Below are positions 47,409-56,531 of a stretch of DNA of 64,000 bases, one piece after another. Every line of letters begins with the position of its first letter. Within the stretch, counting starts at the first letter, position 1. The notes under the pieces are model-generated. The model did no database searches and was not told where the DNA came from. It saw only the letters and a list, made by a program, of their open reading frames with translations. Location: positions 16,251-80,250 of the forward strand of contig CAYZXT010000009.1 in NCBI GenBank assembly GCA_964482515.1, written 5' to 3'. This stretch comes from an uncultured Elusimicrobia bacterium. GTDB lineage: Bacteria > Elusimicrobiota > Elusimicrobia > FEN-1173. The translations under genes were made by a program, and so were the position numbers.

Positions 47409-50400
47409 GACTTTCCGACATATCCATCAAGAACCCCGTCTTCGCCTGGATGCTGATGATCGGCATGATCCTGTTCGGGATCATCGGCTTCACGCAGATC
47501 GGCAAGAGCATGCTGCCGGACGTGGATTTCCCGGTGCTCACCATCTCCACGAAATGGGAAGGCGCCTCGCCCGAGGTGATGGAGACGGAAGTGGTGGACA
47601 CGATCGAAGACTCCATGACGTCGGTGAAGGGCGTCAAGAAGATTTCGTCCGTCACCCGCCAGGGCCAGGCCATGATCACCATCGAGTTCGAGCTCAAGAC
47701 CGACGTGGACGTGGCGCTCCAGGAAGTGCAGAGCAAGATCTCCCAGACCCAGTACGAGCTTCCCAAGGACATGGACCCGCCGATCATCAGCAAGATCAAC
47801 CCCGACGACCAGCCGTTCATGTGGATCTCCCTCTCCGGCGACCGCCCGGTGCGGGACATGATGGAGTACGTCAACGACGACCTGAAGGACAAGTTCACCA
47901 CCATCCCGGGCGTGGGCGACATCTTCCTGGGCGGGTTCATCGAACCGTCCGTCCGCGTCTGGCTCGATCCGGAAAAGATGCGCCAGCGCGAGATCACCGT
48001 GGACGACGTCCTCGCCGCTCTGCGCAACGAGCACACCGAGCTTCCGGCGGGATATCTGGCCACCCAGGAAAAAGAATGGAACCTGCGGGTCATGGGCGAA
48101 GCCCAGAGCCTCGAAGATTTGGAGAACCTCATCATTTCGGACCGGAGCGGCCGGCCCATCTACACGCCGTTCCGCTTGAAGGACGTCGCGGAGATCGAGG
48201 ACGGGCTGTCCGATCCCCGCGGCATGTCGCGTGTCAACGCGCGCCCGGCGGTCGGGCTCGGGATCCTGAAACAGCGCAACGCGAACATGGTGGACGTGGG
48301 CACGCGGGTCAAGGCGCGGGTCGAGGAACTGCAAAGCACCCTGCCCAAGGGGATGATCCTGGCCGTCAACTACGACGGGACCAAGTTCGTCGAAGACTCG
48401 ACCGAGGAACTGAACTTCAACCTCATCCTGGCCGCGGTCCTCACGTCCCTCATCTGCTGGCTGTTCCTCGGGTCCTGGAGCTCGGCGGTCAACATCATCC
48501 TGGCGATCCCCACGTCGATCCTGGCGACCTTCATCGTCCTCTATTTCCTCGGCTACACGCAGAACACCTTCACGCTGCTCGGGCTGACGCTCGTCATCGG
48601 CATCGTGGTGGACGACGCCATCATGGTGCTGGAGAACATCGTGCGCCACCGCGAGGAGGGGGAGTCCCAGGTCCACGCCGCCCTCCTGGGCGCGCGGGAG
48701 ATCTATTTCCCGGCCATGGCCGCGTCCGTGGCCATCCTGGCGATCTTCGTGCCGGTGCTGTTCGTCAAAGGCGTGATCGGCAAATACTTCATGCAGTTCG
48801 GCGTCACGATCTCGGCGGCCGTCATGTTCTCGCTGCTGGAGGCGCTGACGCTGGCGCCCATGCGCTGCGCGCAGTTCCTGAAGGTCGGCGAGCACCGCGG
48901 GCCGTCGAAATGGGTGGACAACGCCGTGGAGTGGATGACCGTGAAGTACAAGCAGGTCCTGTCCTGGATATTCGATCCGGCCGCCGCCGGCCACGGGCCC
49001 CGGAACGTCCCGACGAAGACGTATTCGTTCTTCATGACGCTCGTCCTGGCCGCCATCGCCCTCGGCGCCGGTCTGGCGTTGAACGCCGGGATCTTCATGG
49101 CCGGGCTGAAACTTTTCCACGTCGAAAAACCGATGCCGTGGGCCGTGGGCCTGGCCGTGGCACACATGATGTTCTGGCCGGTCTTCGTTTCCTGGAGGCA
49201 CCATCGCTTCAGCCTCTGGAAGCCCTACTGGGGTTTCTTCACCGCGATCTATCGCCACATGACGGACCGCCCAGTCGTGATCGTGACCGCGGCATCGTTC
49301 ATCTTCCTCGCGTCGCTGTCGCTCTTCGGGGTCATTAAAAAGGAACTGATGCCGTCCCAGGACCAGAGCATGCTCCTGGTCTCGCTCGAAACGCCCGTGG
49401 GGTCGTCCCTCCAATTCACCGACGATACCTTCAAGAAAGCCGAGGACTACATCCTGAAGCGCGGCGAGGTGGAGCGCTACTACACGGCGGTGGGCGGTTT
49501 TGAGGGCGGAGAGATCAACTCCGGCATGATCTTCGTCACTTTGAAGCAGCCGAAGGAACGCCCGGTCCCGCAGGGGCGCAAGAAGCCGTTTTCCCAGTCG
49601 GAACTGATGGCCGAGTTCCGGCGCGACCTGGGCGCGATCCAGGGCGTTTCGAAGGCGTTGTTGATCGACCTTTCGCAGGGCGGCAATGACGCGGGCAGCG
49701 GTTTCCCCGTCGAGTTCACCCTTCAGGGGCGCGACTGGGGCCAGCTGGCCGACCTCAGCGAAAAGTTGCAGGAAAAGATGAAGGCGTCGGGCATGATGGT
49801 GGACGTGAACTCGAACTACAAGCTCGGCATGCCGGAGGTGCAGATCTGGCCCGACCGGCAGGAAGCCGCGCTCCGCGGCGTGAGCGTCGCCTCCATCGGC
49901 AACGCGGTGAACGCGACCCTGGGCGGCGTCCGCGCCGGAAAGTTTTCCAAGGGCGGCCACCGCAACGACATCCGCGTGCGCTTCAAGCCCGTCGACCGGA
50001 CGAAGAAGGAAGACATCGGCAAGATTTTGGTCCGGAACAACCGCGGCCAGGTCGTGCCGCTGCCTCAGGTCGTGAACGTGACCGAGAAGCAGAGCCTGCT
50101 CAGCATCACGCGGCAGAACCGTTCCCGCGCCATCACGCTCTACGCCAACGTCGCCCCGGGGAAATCCCAGGCCGAGGCACTGGCGGCGGTGAAGCAGATG
50201 GGGAAGGAGCTTCCCGAGGGCGTCCGGCTCGTCCCGTCGGGCGCGGCCGAGACGTTCCAGGAGGCCTTCGTGGGCCTCGTGTTCGCGCTGGTCCTGGGGG
50301 TCATCGTGGCCTACATGGTCCTGGGCGCGCAGTTCAACAGTTTCATCCACCCCGTTTTGGTTTTGATCGCCCTGCCCTTCAGCGTCACGGGCGCGGTTCT

Positions 50401-50821
50401 GGCCCTGGTGATCGGGAACCAGTCCCTCAACATGTTCAGCATGATCGGCCTCGTGCTTTTGATGGGCATCGTGAAGAAGAACTCCATTTTGCTGGTGGAC
50501 TTCACCAACGAGCGGCGGAAGAAAGGCCTTTCCGTCACGGACGCTTTGGTCGACGCCTGCCCGATCCGGCTGCGGCCCATCGTCATGACCTCCGTCGCGA
50601 CGATCTCCGCCGCCATACCGCCCGCCCTGGCGCTCGGCCCCGGCGCCGAGACCCGCGTGCCCATGGCGCTGGTGATCATCGGGGGCGTGGCCGTCTCCGC
50701 GTTCCTCACTCTCTTCGTCGTCCCCTGCGCCTACAGCCTCATGGCCCACCTGGAATCGCACAAACACGACAAGCAGCTGAAGGAAGCCCTACGCGAACTG
50801 GGCGAGCTCCCGCCCGCCTAG
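47405..50821 (+). CDS. RND-superfamily efflux transporter (AcrB/HAE1-like) with an extra hydrophobic insert in the central cytoplasmic linker
   Basis: MRLSDISIKNPVFAWMLMIGMILFG...; it has the typical RND TM and porter pattern, and an ATGA overlap with the TolC-like stop. At 1138 aa it includes an extra segment of roughly 90 aa (about 48970-49265) with two hydrophobic stretches. Confidence 0.9.
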   Translation: MRLSDISIKNPVFAWMLMIGMILFGIIGFTQIGKSMLPDVDFPVLTISTKWEGASPEVMETEVVDTIEDSMTSVKGVKKISSVTRQGQAMITIEFELKTDVDVALQEVQSKISQTQYELPKDMDPPIISKINPDDQPFMWISLSGDRPVRDMMEYVNDDLKDKFTTIPGVGDIFLGGFIEPSVRVWLDPEKMRQREITVDDVLAALRNEHTELPAGYLATQEKEWNLRVMGEAQSLEDLENLIISDRSGRPIYTPFRLKDVAEIEDGLSDPRGMSRVNARPAVGLGILKQRNANMVDVGTRVKARVEELQSTLPKGMILAVNYDGTKFVEDSTEELNFNLILAAVLTSLICWLFLGSWSSAVNIILAIPTSILATFIVLYFLGYTQNTFTLLGLTLVIGIVVDDAIMVLENIVRHREEGESQVHAALLGAREIYFPAMAASVAILAIFVPVLFVKGVIGKYFMQFGVTISAAVMFSLLEALTLAPMRCAQFLKVGEHRGPSKWVDNAVEWMTVKYKQVLSWIFDPAAAGHGPRNVPTKTYSFFMTLVLAAIALGAGLALNAGIFMAGLKLFHVEKPMPWAVGLAVAHMMFWPVFVSWRHHRFSLWKPYWGFFTAIYRHMTDRPVVIVTAASFIFLASLSLFGVIKKELMPSQDQSMLLVSLETPVGSSLQFTDDTFKKAEDYILKRGEVERYYTAVGGFEGGEINSGMIFVTLKQPKERPVPQGRKKPFSQSELMAEFRRDLGAIQGVSKALLIDLSQGGNDAGSGFPVEFTLQGRDWGQLADLSEKLQEKMKASGMMVDVNSNYKLGMPEVQIWPDRQEAALRGVSVASIGNAVNATLGGVRAGKFSKGGHRNDIRVRFKPVDRTKKEDIGKILVRNNRGQVVPLPQVVNVTEKQSLLSITRQNRSRAITLYANVAPGKSQAEALAAVKQMGKELPEGVRLVPSGAAETFQEAFVGLVFALVLGVIVAYMVLGAQFNSFIHPVLVLIALPFSVTGAVLALVIGNQSLNMFSMIGLVLLMGIVKKNSILLVDFTNERRKKGLSVTDALVDACPIRLRPIVMTSVATISAAIPPALALGPGAETRVPMALVIIGGVAVSAFLTLFVVPCAYSLMAHLESHKHDKQLKEALRELGELPPA

Positions 50822-50935
50822 CCGGCTTCCCATCCATTACGGGCCGCGACGCCTTTCCGACGGAGGTTTGACATCGTCGACGGAAAGCTGTCTAATGTAC
50901 TGGACAAAGGTTCGACCTATTCGCCGACAAGAACG

Positions 50936-50972
50936 CCCAGGGAGGTGGTTTGTCCTGGGTTTGTTTTATTTT
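50936..50972 (+). terminator. Intrinsic terminator after the RND gene, or attenuator ahead of the pelD-like gene
   Basis: CCCAGGG-loop-(T)CCTGGG followed by TTTGTTTTATTTT. Confidence 0.55.
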
Positions 50973-51005
50973 CAGGCGGCGGAACAATTTGATGCGGAGG
51001 AATGA

Positions 51006-52400
51006 ATGCGTCCCTTTCGGATGAGAAGTCTGCTCGACAGCCTGTTGTTTCTGGGGATCGCCACCGCCCTCAATTACGCCTGGCTGATCAACAACCCCGC
51101 TTTCCGCGATTGGCCCTGGCACCCGTACCTGATGATCATCGCCCTCATCGGTTTGTTCTACGGCTTCTGGGAAAGCCTCGCCTGTCTCTGCCTCTGCGCC
51201 CTGTTCTATACCACGCAGTTGACGGTCCTGGGCATGCCTCTGGAGGCGATCTTCGCCGGCCAGGACGCCCGGAACCTTTTCGCTTTCCTTCTGGCTTCTC
51301 TTTTCTTCGGCGAAACGGGCGAGCTTTACAGACGGAACATCGAAATGTCCCGCGAACGCGCCCTCGCGGCCGAGGCCGCGAAGAACAAAACCGCCGACGA
51401 GAACCAAAGCCTTTGGGAAGTCAACCGCGAGCTGCAGGAGCGCGTGCGTTTCATGGAGTCCCACCTGACCACGCTGCGGGAGACGTCGGACCGGCTTCAG
51501 TCGCTTGACGAGCGGAATGTCCTGGACGGCGCGCTGGAATTCCTGATGAAGATGACCGGGGCCGAGGGCGTGTCCCTGTATCTGCTGGACGGGAAGAACA
51601 ACGCTTTCTGGCGGCAGGCATCTATCGGCAAATCCCCTGAGCCGGCGAACCCGGTTTCCGTCCCCGCCGATGCGTTCCCGTTCAACCGGCTCATGCAGAA
51701 GCCGGCCGTCTATTCCGTGCGCGAAAAACCGGACCGCGCGGGCGGCGGGTCCGCATTGAGGTGGATGGCCGCCATGCCGCTGCTGCGGCGGGGCATGCCG
51801 GAAGGCGTCTTCTTCGTGGAGACCATGCCGCTCCTCCGTTTGACCGAGCAGCTTTTACAGGACATGGAAGCCGTTTCCGAGGTCGTCAACCGCTGCGTGG
51901 CCAACGCGCAGGTCTTCCAGGCTAAGACCGAGTCCGCCCCGGCGGGCGGCGTGCTTGTGTCCGGGGACCTGTTCCGCGATCTCGTCGATAAGGAACTGAT
52001 GCGGACCCGCCGCCATAAATCCGCGGCCAGCCTTTTGAGTTTCCGGATCAACGGTTACGAAGGCCTGCGCGAAAGGATGGGCGAGGACGTGGCGCGCTTC
52101 ATCCTCGACCGCGTCATTCAGATCGCCGGCAGGAACAAACGACAGACCGATGTGCTTTGCCACCTCGGCGCGGGACAATTTTCCATGCTCATGCCACACA
52201 CATCGCCGGACCAGATCCATCCCTTCATTTACCGGACGCGGGAAGAAACGGCCCAGCTCCCCCTGGACGGTTCATCCGAAGAGCGCGTCGGCCTTTCCTT
52301 CGGCGTCTACGGCCTGGACGAAAAAACCAGCGACGCCGTGGACGTCATCCAGGGCGCGGAGCGCATGCTGAAGGAATCCTTCGAAGGCGGGAACAACTAG
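51006..52400 (+). CDS. pelD: PelD-like c-di-GMP receptor: TM segments, coiled coil, GAF-like domain, degenerate GGDEF domain with intact I-site
   Basis: There are four N-terminal TM helices. The GGDEF-fold C-terminus has GAGQF in place of GG(D/E)EF, and RQTD lies exactly 5 residues upstream (RQTD-VLCHL-GAGQF), i.e. RxxD I-site geometry. It sits at the head of a Pel-like gene set. Confidence 0.65.
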   Translation: MRPFRMRSLLDSLLFLGIATALNYAWLINNPAFRDWPWHPYLMIIALIGLFYGFWESLACLCLCALFYTTQLTVLGMPLEAIFAGQDARNLFAFLLASLFFGETGELYRRNIEMSRERALAAEAAKNKTADENQSLWEVNRELQERVRFMESHLTTLRETSDRLQSLDERNVLDGALEFLMKMTGAEGVSLYLLDGKNNAFWRQASIGKSPEPANPVSVPADAFPFNRLMQKPAVYSVREKPDRAGGGSALRWMAAMPLLRRGMPEGVFFVETMPLLRLTEQLLQDMEAVSEVVNRCVANAQVFQAKTESAPAGGVLVSGDLFRDLVDKELMRTRRHKSAASLLSFRINGYEGLRERMGEDVARFILDRVIQIAGRNKRQTDVLCHLGAGQFSMLMPHTSPDQIHPFIYRTREETAQLPLDGSSEERVGLSFGVYGLDEKTSDAVDVIQGAERMLKESFEGGNN

Positions 52401-52415
52401 AAGGCCAATTCATCC

Positions 52416-53081
52416 ATGACGGCCCAAACCCCCACCCTTAAAACCCATAAAAAGATGGGATTGGACATCCTGCCCTACCGGATCCTCGTGCGGCACTGGA
52501 GCCCGAAAGAGCGCATGCGTTTGAACCAGGCGCTTTACGACAGCGGCCACGCCGAGGCGAGTCGGATCCTGCACGAATCCCTGGGCGCGCGGGAAGAGCC
52601 GGTCCGTCTGTTCGCGGCCCAGGCCCTGGAGTTCATCTCGACGCGGCGCTTCGCGGCCATCGAGTCCCTGCGCGCGGCGCTGCGCAAGACGCCGAACGAC
52701 GCGTCCCTTCGCCTGGAGATCGCCGACCGGTTGAAAGAGTACGCGGAGGAAGGCGTTTTCGTGGATTCGATCCGCCACCATTTTTTCCGCGAAGCCGCGG
52801 AGCATTTGTCTTTGGCCCTGGCGAAATCGCCGGAGGCGCCGGCTTTCCTGTTCCGGCTCGGAGAGCTCCATTTCCTTTTGGGCGAGAACGCGGCGGCCGC
52901 GGAACCGCTGGAAAAAATCCTCCCCGACGCCGATGAATATCCCCGGGCCCGCTGGCTGTTGGCGGAGATCGCGTTTAAAGAGGGTCGGATCGATGCTGTC
53001 CGGGCCGAATGCGCGCGGCTGTCCGGTTTCGCGATGCCGCCGGAGATCCATCGGGCGGTTCAGCATTGGAAGGCCCAATGA
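52416..53081 (+). CDS. TPR-like helical-repeat protein (PelE- or PelB-TPR-like)
   Basis: All-helical repeats: ...FLFRLGELHFLLGENAAAAEPLEKILPDADEYPRARWLLAEIAFKEGRIDAV.... The stop overlaps the next start (ATGA). Confidence 0.5.
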   Translation: MTAQTPTLKTHKKMGLDILPYRILVRHWSPKERMRLNQALYDSGHAEASRILHESLGAREEPVRLFAAQALEFISTRRFAAIESLRAALRKTPNDASLRLEIADRLKEYAEEGVFVDSIRHHFFREAAEHLSLALAKSPEAPAFLFRLGELHFLLGENAAAAEPLEKILPDADEYPRARWLLAEIAFKEGRIDAVRAECARLSGFAMPPEIHRAVQHWKAQ

Positions 53082-54298
53082 GCGGCTCCTTCGCCCGCCA
53101 ACGCCGCTGGATCGGTTTTTCCGCGTTCTTCGCCGCGAGCCTGCTGCTTCCCTGGTCCCTGCGCACGCTTTTCTCCCAGCCGTCCGGTCCGCTCGCGGAG
53201 CGGCGGGAATTCCCGCCCGAGCAACCCGTCTGGGGCGATCCTTCCGGCGACGCCGAATCCGTCCGCGCGCGAAATTTCGAAAACAATCTGGCCTGGGTCC
53301 GCGGCGGCACGACCGAGGTCCCGTACGATGGGATCATCGGTCCGCCGGGCGATGGGGCGGAGGATGGATCCGCCGATGCGTCCGGGGCGGCGGACCCCGC
53401 CGTCGCGGAAGTCCTCTCCCCGGGGATATACGCCGCCTACATGCGATCCTGGGACAGCCTGGACATCGTCCGCCGGCGCGACGAGCTGGGGATCTATATT
53501 TATCCGTCTCCCCGGACGCGCCTGGAAGCTTACGTCAGCCGCCACCGTTTCACCGACGACGCCGACGCGATCGAAGGGCACGGCGGCGGGCTGCGGGCGG
53601 CGCAGATCGTCGGCGACCGCGTCTTCCTGGAAGAGGGGATCGGCGTCAACGGCTACGACGGGATCCGCCGGTCGGTCGAAGGGTACGCGCGGGCCGGCTA
53701 TTCGCCGCGGGAAAACCTTTTCCTCAGTTTGGACGCGCGGGTGGAGGACGTGTGGGAGCGCCTGCCCAATATCCGCGACGGGCTCCGTTTGTGGAGCGTC
53801 TCTCCCTATCTGTATTTCTCCTTCCTGACGAACTATTGGGTTTCCGGCTATTGGTCCCTGGGGTATTTCAGCGACCACAACTTCCGCCAGGTGCTCGAGG
53901 GCGAGCTGGGGCGTTTCCTTTCGCGCAAGATCGGGCTCAGCGTTTCGGGCGGCGTGCAGACCTACCAGTTCCGCGAGCCGCGCGGCACCTATTGGACGCC
54001 GTCCTATTACCAATATCTTTTCGGCCGCGTGCGCCTGTCGAAGAATTTCGAAAGCGACATCTGGGAACGCCGCGCGCGGGAGAACTTCCCTCGCCGGATC
54101 GGCTACCTGGCCGAGTACACCGCGGGCACGACCGAAAACCGCGACTTCGACCAGACCCTCCGCGGCGGCCTCTCCTTCCGCCTGTTCGACCGTTGGATCC
54201 TGCGGGCCGAGGCCTACCATCTGAACGCCAACGCGCGGTTCACGTCGGACAACTATTATGAGAACCGCATCGACGGGAGGATCGATTTTGAGTTTTAG
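53078..54298 (+). CDS. Outer-membrane beta-barrel (candidate Pel export porin, PelB-C-terminal analogue)
   Basis: It is taken from ATG 53078: MSGSFARQRRWIGFSAFFAASLLLPWSL.... The second half has alternating aromatic strands, ending ...NRIDGRIDFEF. Confidence 0.5.
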   Translation: MSGSFARQRRWIGFSAFFAASLLLPWSLRTLFSQPSGPLAERREFPPEQPVWGDPSGDAESVRARNFENNLAWVRGGTTEVPYDGIIGPPGDGAEDGSADASGAADPAVAEVLSPGIYAAYMRSWDSLDIVRRRDELGIYIYPSPRTRLEAYVSRHRFTDDADAIEGHGGGLRAAQIVGDRVFLEEGIGVNGYDGIRRSVEGYARAGYSPRENLFLSLDARVEDVWERLPNIRDGLRLWSVSPYLYFSFLTNYWVSGYWSLGYFSDHNFRQVLEGELGRFLSRKIGLSVSGGVQTYQFREPRGTYWTPSYYQYLFGRVRLSKNFESDIWERRARENFPRRIGYLAEYTAGTTENRDFDQTLRGGLSFRLFDRWILRAEAYHLNANARFTSDNYYENRIDGRIDFEF

Positions 54299-54334
54299 AA
54301 ATCAGGGACTAAGAGAATTTTATCCGCTCCTGCT

Positions 54335-54357
54335 CCCTCTCCCTGGAGGGGAGAGGG
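54335..54357. repeat. GC-rich hairpin of the CCCTCTCCC...GGGAGAGGG type
   Basis: CCCTCTCCC-tggag-GGGAGAGGG followed by TCGGGGTGAGGGG. It would translate as PLPGGERVGVRG if read in the track ORF that starts at 54258. Confidence 0.6.
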
Positions 54358-54362
54358 TCGGG

Positions 54363-56531
54363 GTGAGGGGAGTCTTACGGGCGGTCCTTGGTATCGTATT
54401 GCTTGTCTCATTCTTAACCGCACGTGTCGACGCTTTTCCCTCCTCCCCCGACGGATGGCAGGAGATCAAGCGCCGCGTGCTCGTCCTCTACAAAAGCTCC
54501 GAAGGCGATCGTCCGGACTTCAACCGCGCCGCCGGATTGCTGGAGCAGCCCCTCGACAGCCTGGGCCTCGTGGCGGATTATTACGATATCGACGCCGGGT
54601 TCCCGTCGGAGGAAGCGATGTCGCCCTACCGCGGCGTGGTGACCTTCTTCAACGGTCCGTCGATGAAAAATCCGGAAGCCTACGCGGACTGGTTCGCCGG
54701 GCAGGTCCGCGCCGGCCGGCGCATGGTCGTCTTCGGCGATTACGGCGCGTTCACGGACCGCGGGACGGACCGCTTCATCGCGCACAAGGACGTCAACCGG
54801 GCCTTCGGCGCCCTCGGGCTGGAGTATGACGGCTTCTGGGAAGAGCGGACGGGGAACCTCGTGCTGCGGAGCGTCGACAACGAATTCATGGCCTTCGAAG
54901 AGCCCGTCCACGAGAAGGAGCTGAACGAATACATCCTGGTCCGTTCCCGGAACCCGGCCAACCGCGTTTTTCTCTCGGTCGCCCGCGCCGACATGGACGA
55001 CAGCGACAGCGCCTTGGCCGTGGCCACGCCCTGGGGCGGTTATGCCTTTTCGCCGCTCATGCTTTATGACTACCGTCAGGGCGACGTCGCCAAGCAGCGC
55101 TGGCATCTGGACCCCTACAAATTCCTCGCGGAAGCGCTCGGCCTCGGGGACGAGCCGCGGATGGACGCGGCGAGCCTGAACGGCCGCCGGCTGTGGATGG
55201 CGCAGGCGGACGGGGACGGGTTCACGACCTCCGCGCCGGCCAACCGGTTGGCGTCGGAGAACATTCTGGCGGTCCTGAAAAAATATTCGCTGCCCGTCAC
55301 GGCTTCCGTCATCACGGGCGAGCTGGAGGACAATCCCAGGGCCAGGGACGTGGCCCGCGCCGTGTTCGCGCTGCCGAACGCGGAACCGGCGAGCCATTCC
55401 GAGACGCACCCCGTGGATTGGCTGGCCGAGGGCGTCGATCTGAAAAAGGAAATCACGGGTTCCGTCGAAAAGATCGAGACGGACCTTTTGCCAGAGGAGA
55501 AAGAAGTCCGCGTCTTCGCTTGGACCGGCTGGTGTAATCCGGGGATTGAAGCCATGAAAACGGCCCAGGCCGCGGGTCTGGTCACCATGAACGGCCTGCA
55601 AACCACCAACGGGTTCGTGAACCGCTTCGACGCGCTTTATCCGTCCCGCACCTACCTTTCCCCGCTCGTCCGCCGGGTGGGGGATTTCATTCAGTTGAAC
55701 CACCGCGCCGTGAATGATTACGACCTTGCACGGGAATGGAAGAGCCCGGGCGAATACCGGCACATCATCGAGACTTTCCAGGGGACCGTCCGCAACCCGG
55801 AGATCCCCGTCCACGTTTATTTCCACTGGTACAGCGGGGCCGACGTCGCGTCGCTCGCCGCCTTGGACCGGGTATTCCGCTGGAGCGCTTCCCAGGAGAT
55901 CAGCCCCGTCTTCGTCTCGGACTATGCCGACATCGTGACGGACTTCCGTGGCGCGCGGATTTGGCGTTCCGGCCCGGGGCGGTTCATCGTCCGCAACAAC
56001 GGCCATTGCCGCACCGTGGTGTTTTCATCCACGACCTCCGCTGTCGACATGGAACGGTCCAGAGGCGTCCTGGGTTATGCGCCGCGCTTCGGCCAGCTGT
56101 ATGTTTTCCTGGACGAAGGCCGCGAGCATGAGATCGTTCTGACGGAAGAGGAAACGTCCGCTCCGCGCGTGGTATCGGCCTCGGGCTGGCTGGAGAATTG
56201 GAAAGTCGACGGCAGCCGTTATTCTTTCGACATGAGGGCCTACGGTCCGGCGACCGTGACGCTTGCAGGCTTGAACGGTTATTATACGGTGAGCGTCCGT
56301 CCCGAAAAGCGGGCCAAGTCCGTTTCCTATCAAAGGTTCACGCGTAAGACGGAGGACGGCCTTCTCGTTTTGGAATTTTCCGCCGCCGGGCTTTCGCACA
56401 TGACGGTGGAACCGACGGGCGCCGTTTATGCCATGGCGCAGGTGGCGAGCGTCCCCCTGGTGGCGGGGTTCACGTCGATCTACGCGTTTTGGTTTTTATG
56501 GCTGGCGAAGAAACGGCGGAGGGGCCTGTGA
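54363..56531 (+). CDS. Exported polysaccharide deacetylase-like protein (CE4-type motifs) with a C-terminal TM anchor; PelA-deacetylase analogue
   Basis: GTG 54363 gives (M)RGVLRAVLGIVLLVSFLTARVDA (signal peptide). The mid-protein has QADGDGF and ASHSETHP (the D-D and H-S-x-x-H CE4-like motifs). The tail TM is VPLVAGFTSIYAFWFLWLAKKRRRGL. Confidence 0.55.
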   Translation: MRGVLRAVLGIVLLVSFLTARVDAFPSSPDGWQEIKRRVLVLYKSSEGDRPDFNRAAGLLEQPLDSLGLVADYYDIDAGFPSEEAMSPYRGVVTFFNGPSMKNPEAYADWFAGQVRAGRRMVVFGDYGAFTDRGTDRFIAHKDVNRAFGALGLEYDGFWEERTGNLVLRSVDNEFMAFEEPVHEKELNEYILVRSRNPANRVFLSVARADMDDSDSALAVATPWGGYAFSPLMLYDYRQGDVAKQRWHLDPYKFLAEALGLGDEPRMDAASLNGRRLWMAQADGDGFTTSAPANRLASENILAVLKKYSLPVTASVITGELEDNPRARDVARAVFALPNAEPASHSETHPVDWLAEGVDLKKEITGSVEKIETDLLPEEKEVRVFAWTGWCNPGIEAMKTAQAAGLVTMNGLQTTNGFVNRFDALYPSRTYLSPLVRRVGDFIQLNHRAVNDYDLAREWKSPGEYRHIIETFQGTVRNPEIPVHVYFHWYSGADVASLAALDRVFRWSASQEISPVFVSDYADIVTDFRGARIWRSGPGRFIVRNNGHCRTVVFSSTTSAVDMERSRGVLGYAPRFGQLYVFLDEGREHEIVLTEEETSAPRVVSASGWLENWKVDGSRYSFDMRAYGPATVTLAGLNGYYTVSVRPEKRAKSVSYQRFTRKTEDGLLVLEFSAAGLSHMTVEPTGAVYAMAQVASVPLVAGFTSIYAFWFLWLAKKRRRGL

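Noticed and set aside
47240-50767. 1175-aa minus-strand ORF opposite the RND transporter. Other very long antisense ORFs include 9418..11589(-), 56945..58915(-), 54414..56006(-), 36208..37545(-) and 14883..16214(-).
   Set aside because: All are low-complexity and R/G/P/D/H-rich. They overlap genes with clear family motifs on the other strand or frame, and none shows a recognisable domain.
50868-51005. c-di-GMP riboswitch (GEMM-I/II) upstream of the Pel-like locus
   Set aside because: I could not recognise the conserved GEMM features (for example the ...ACGCAAAGC... or GCAAACC tetraloop-receptor segments) in this leader. A covariance-model scan would be decisive.
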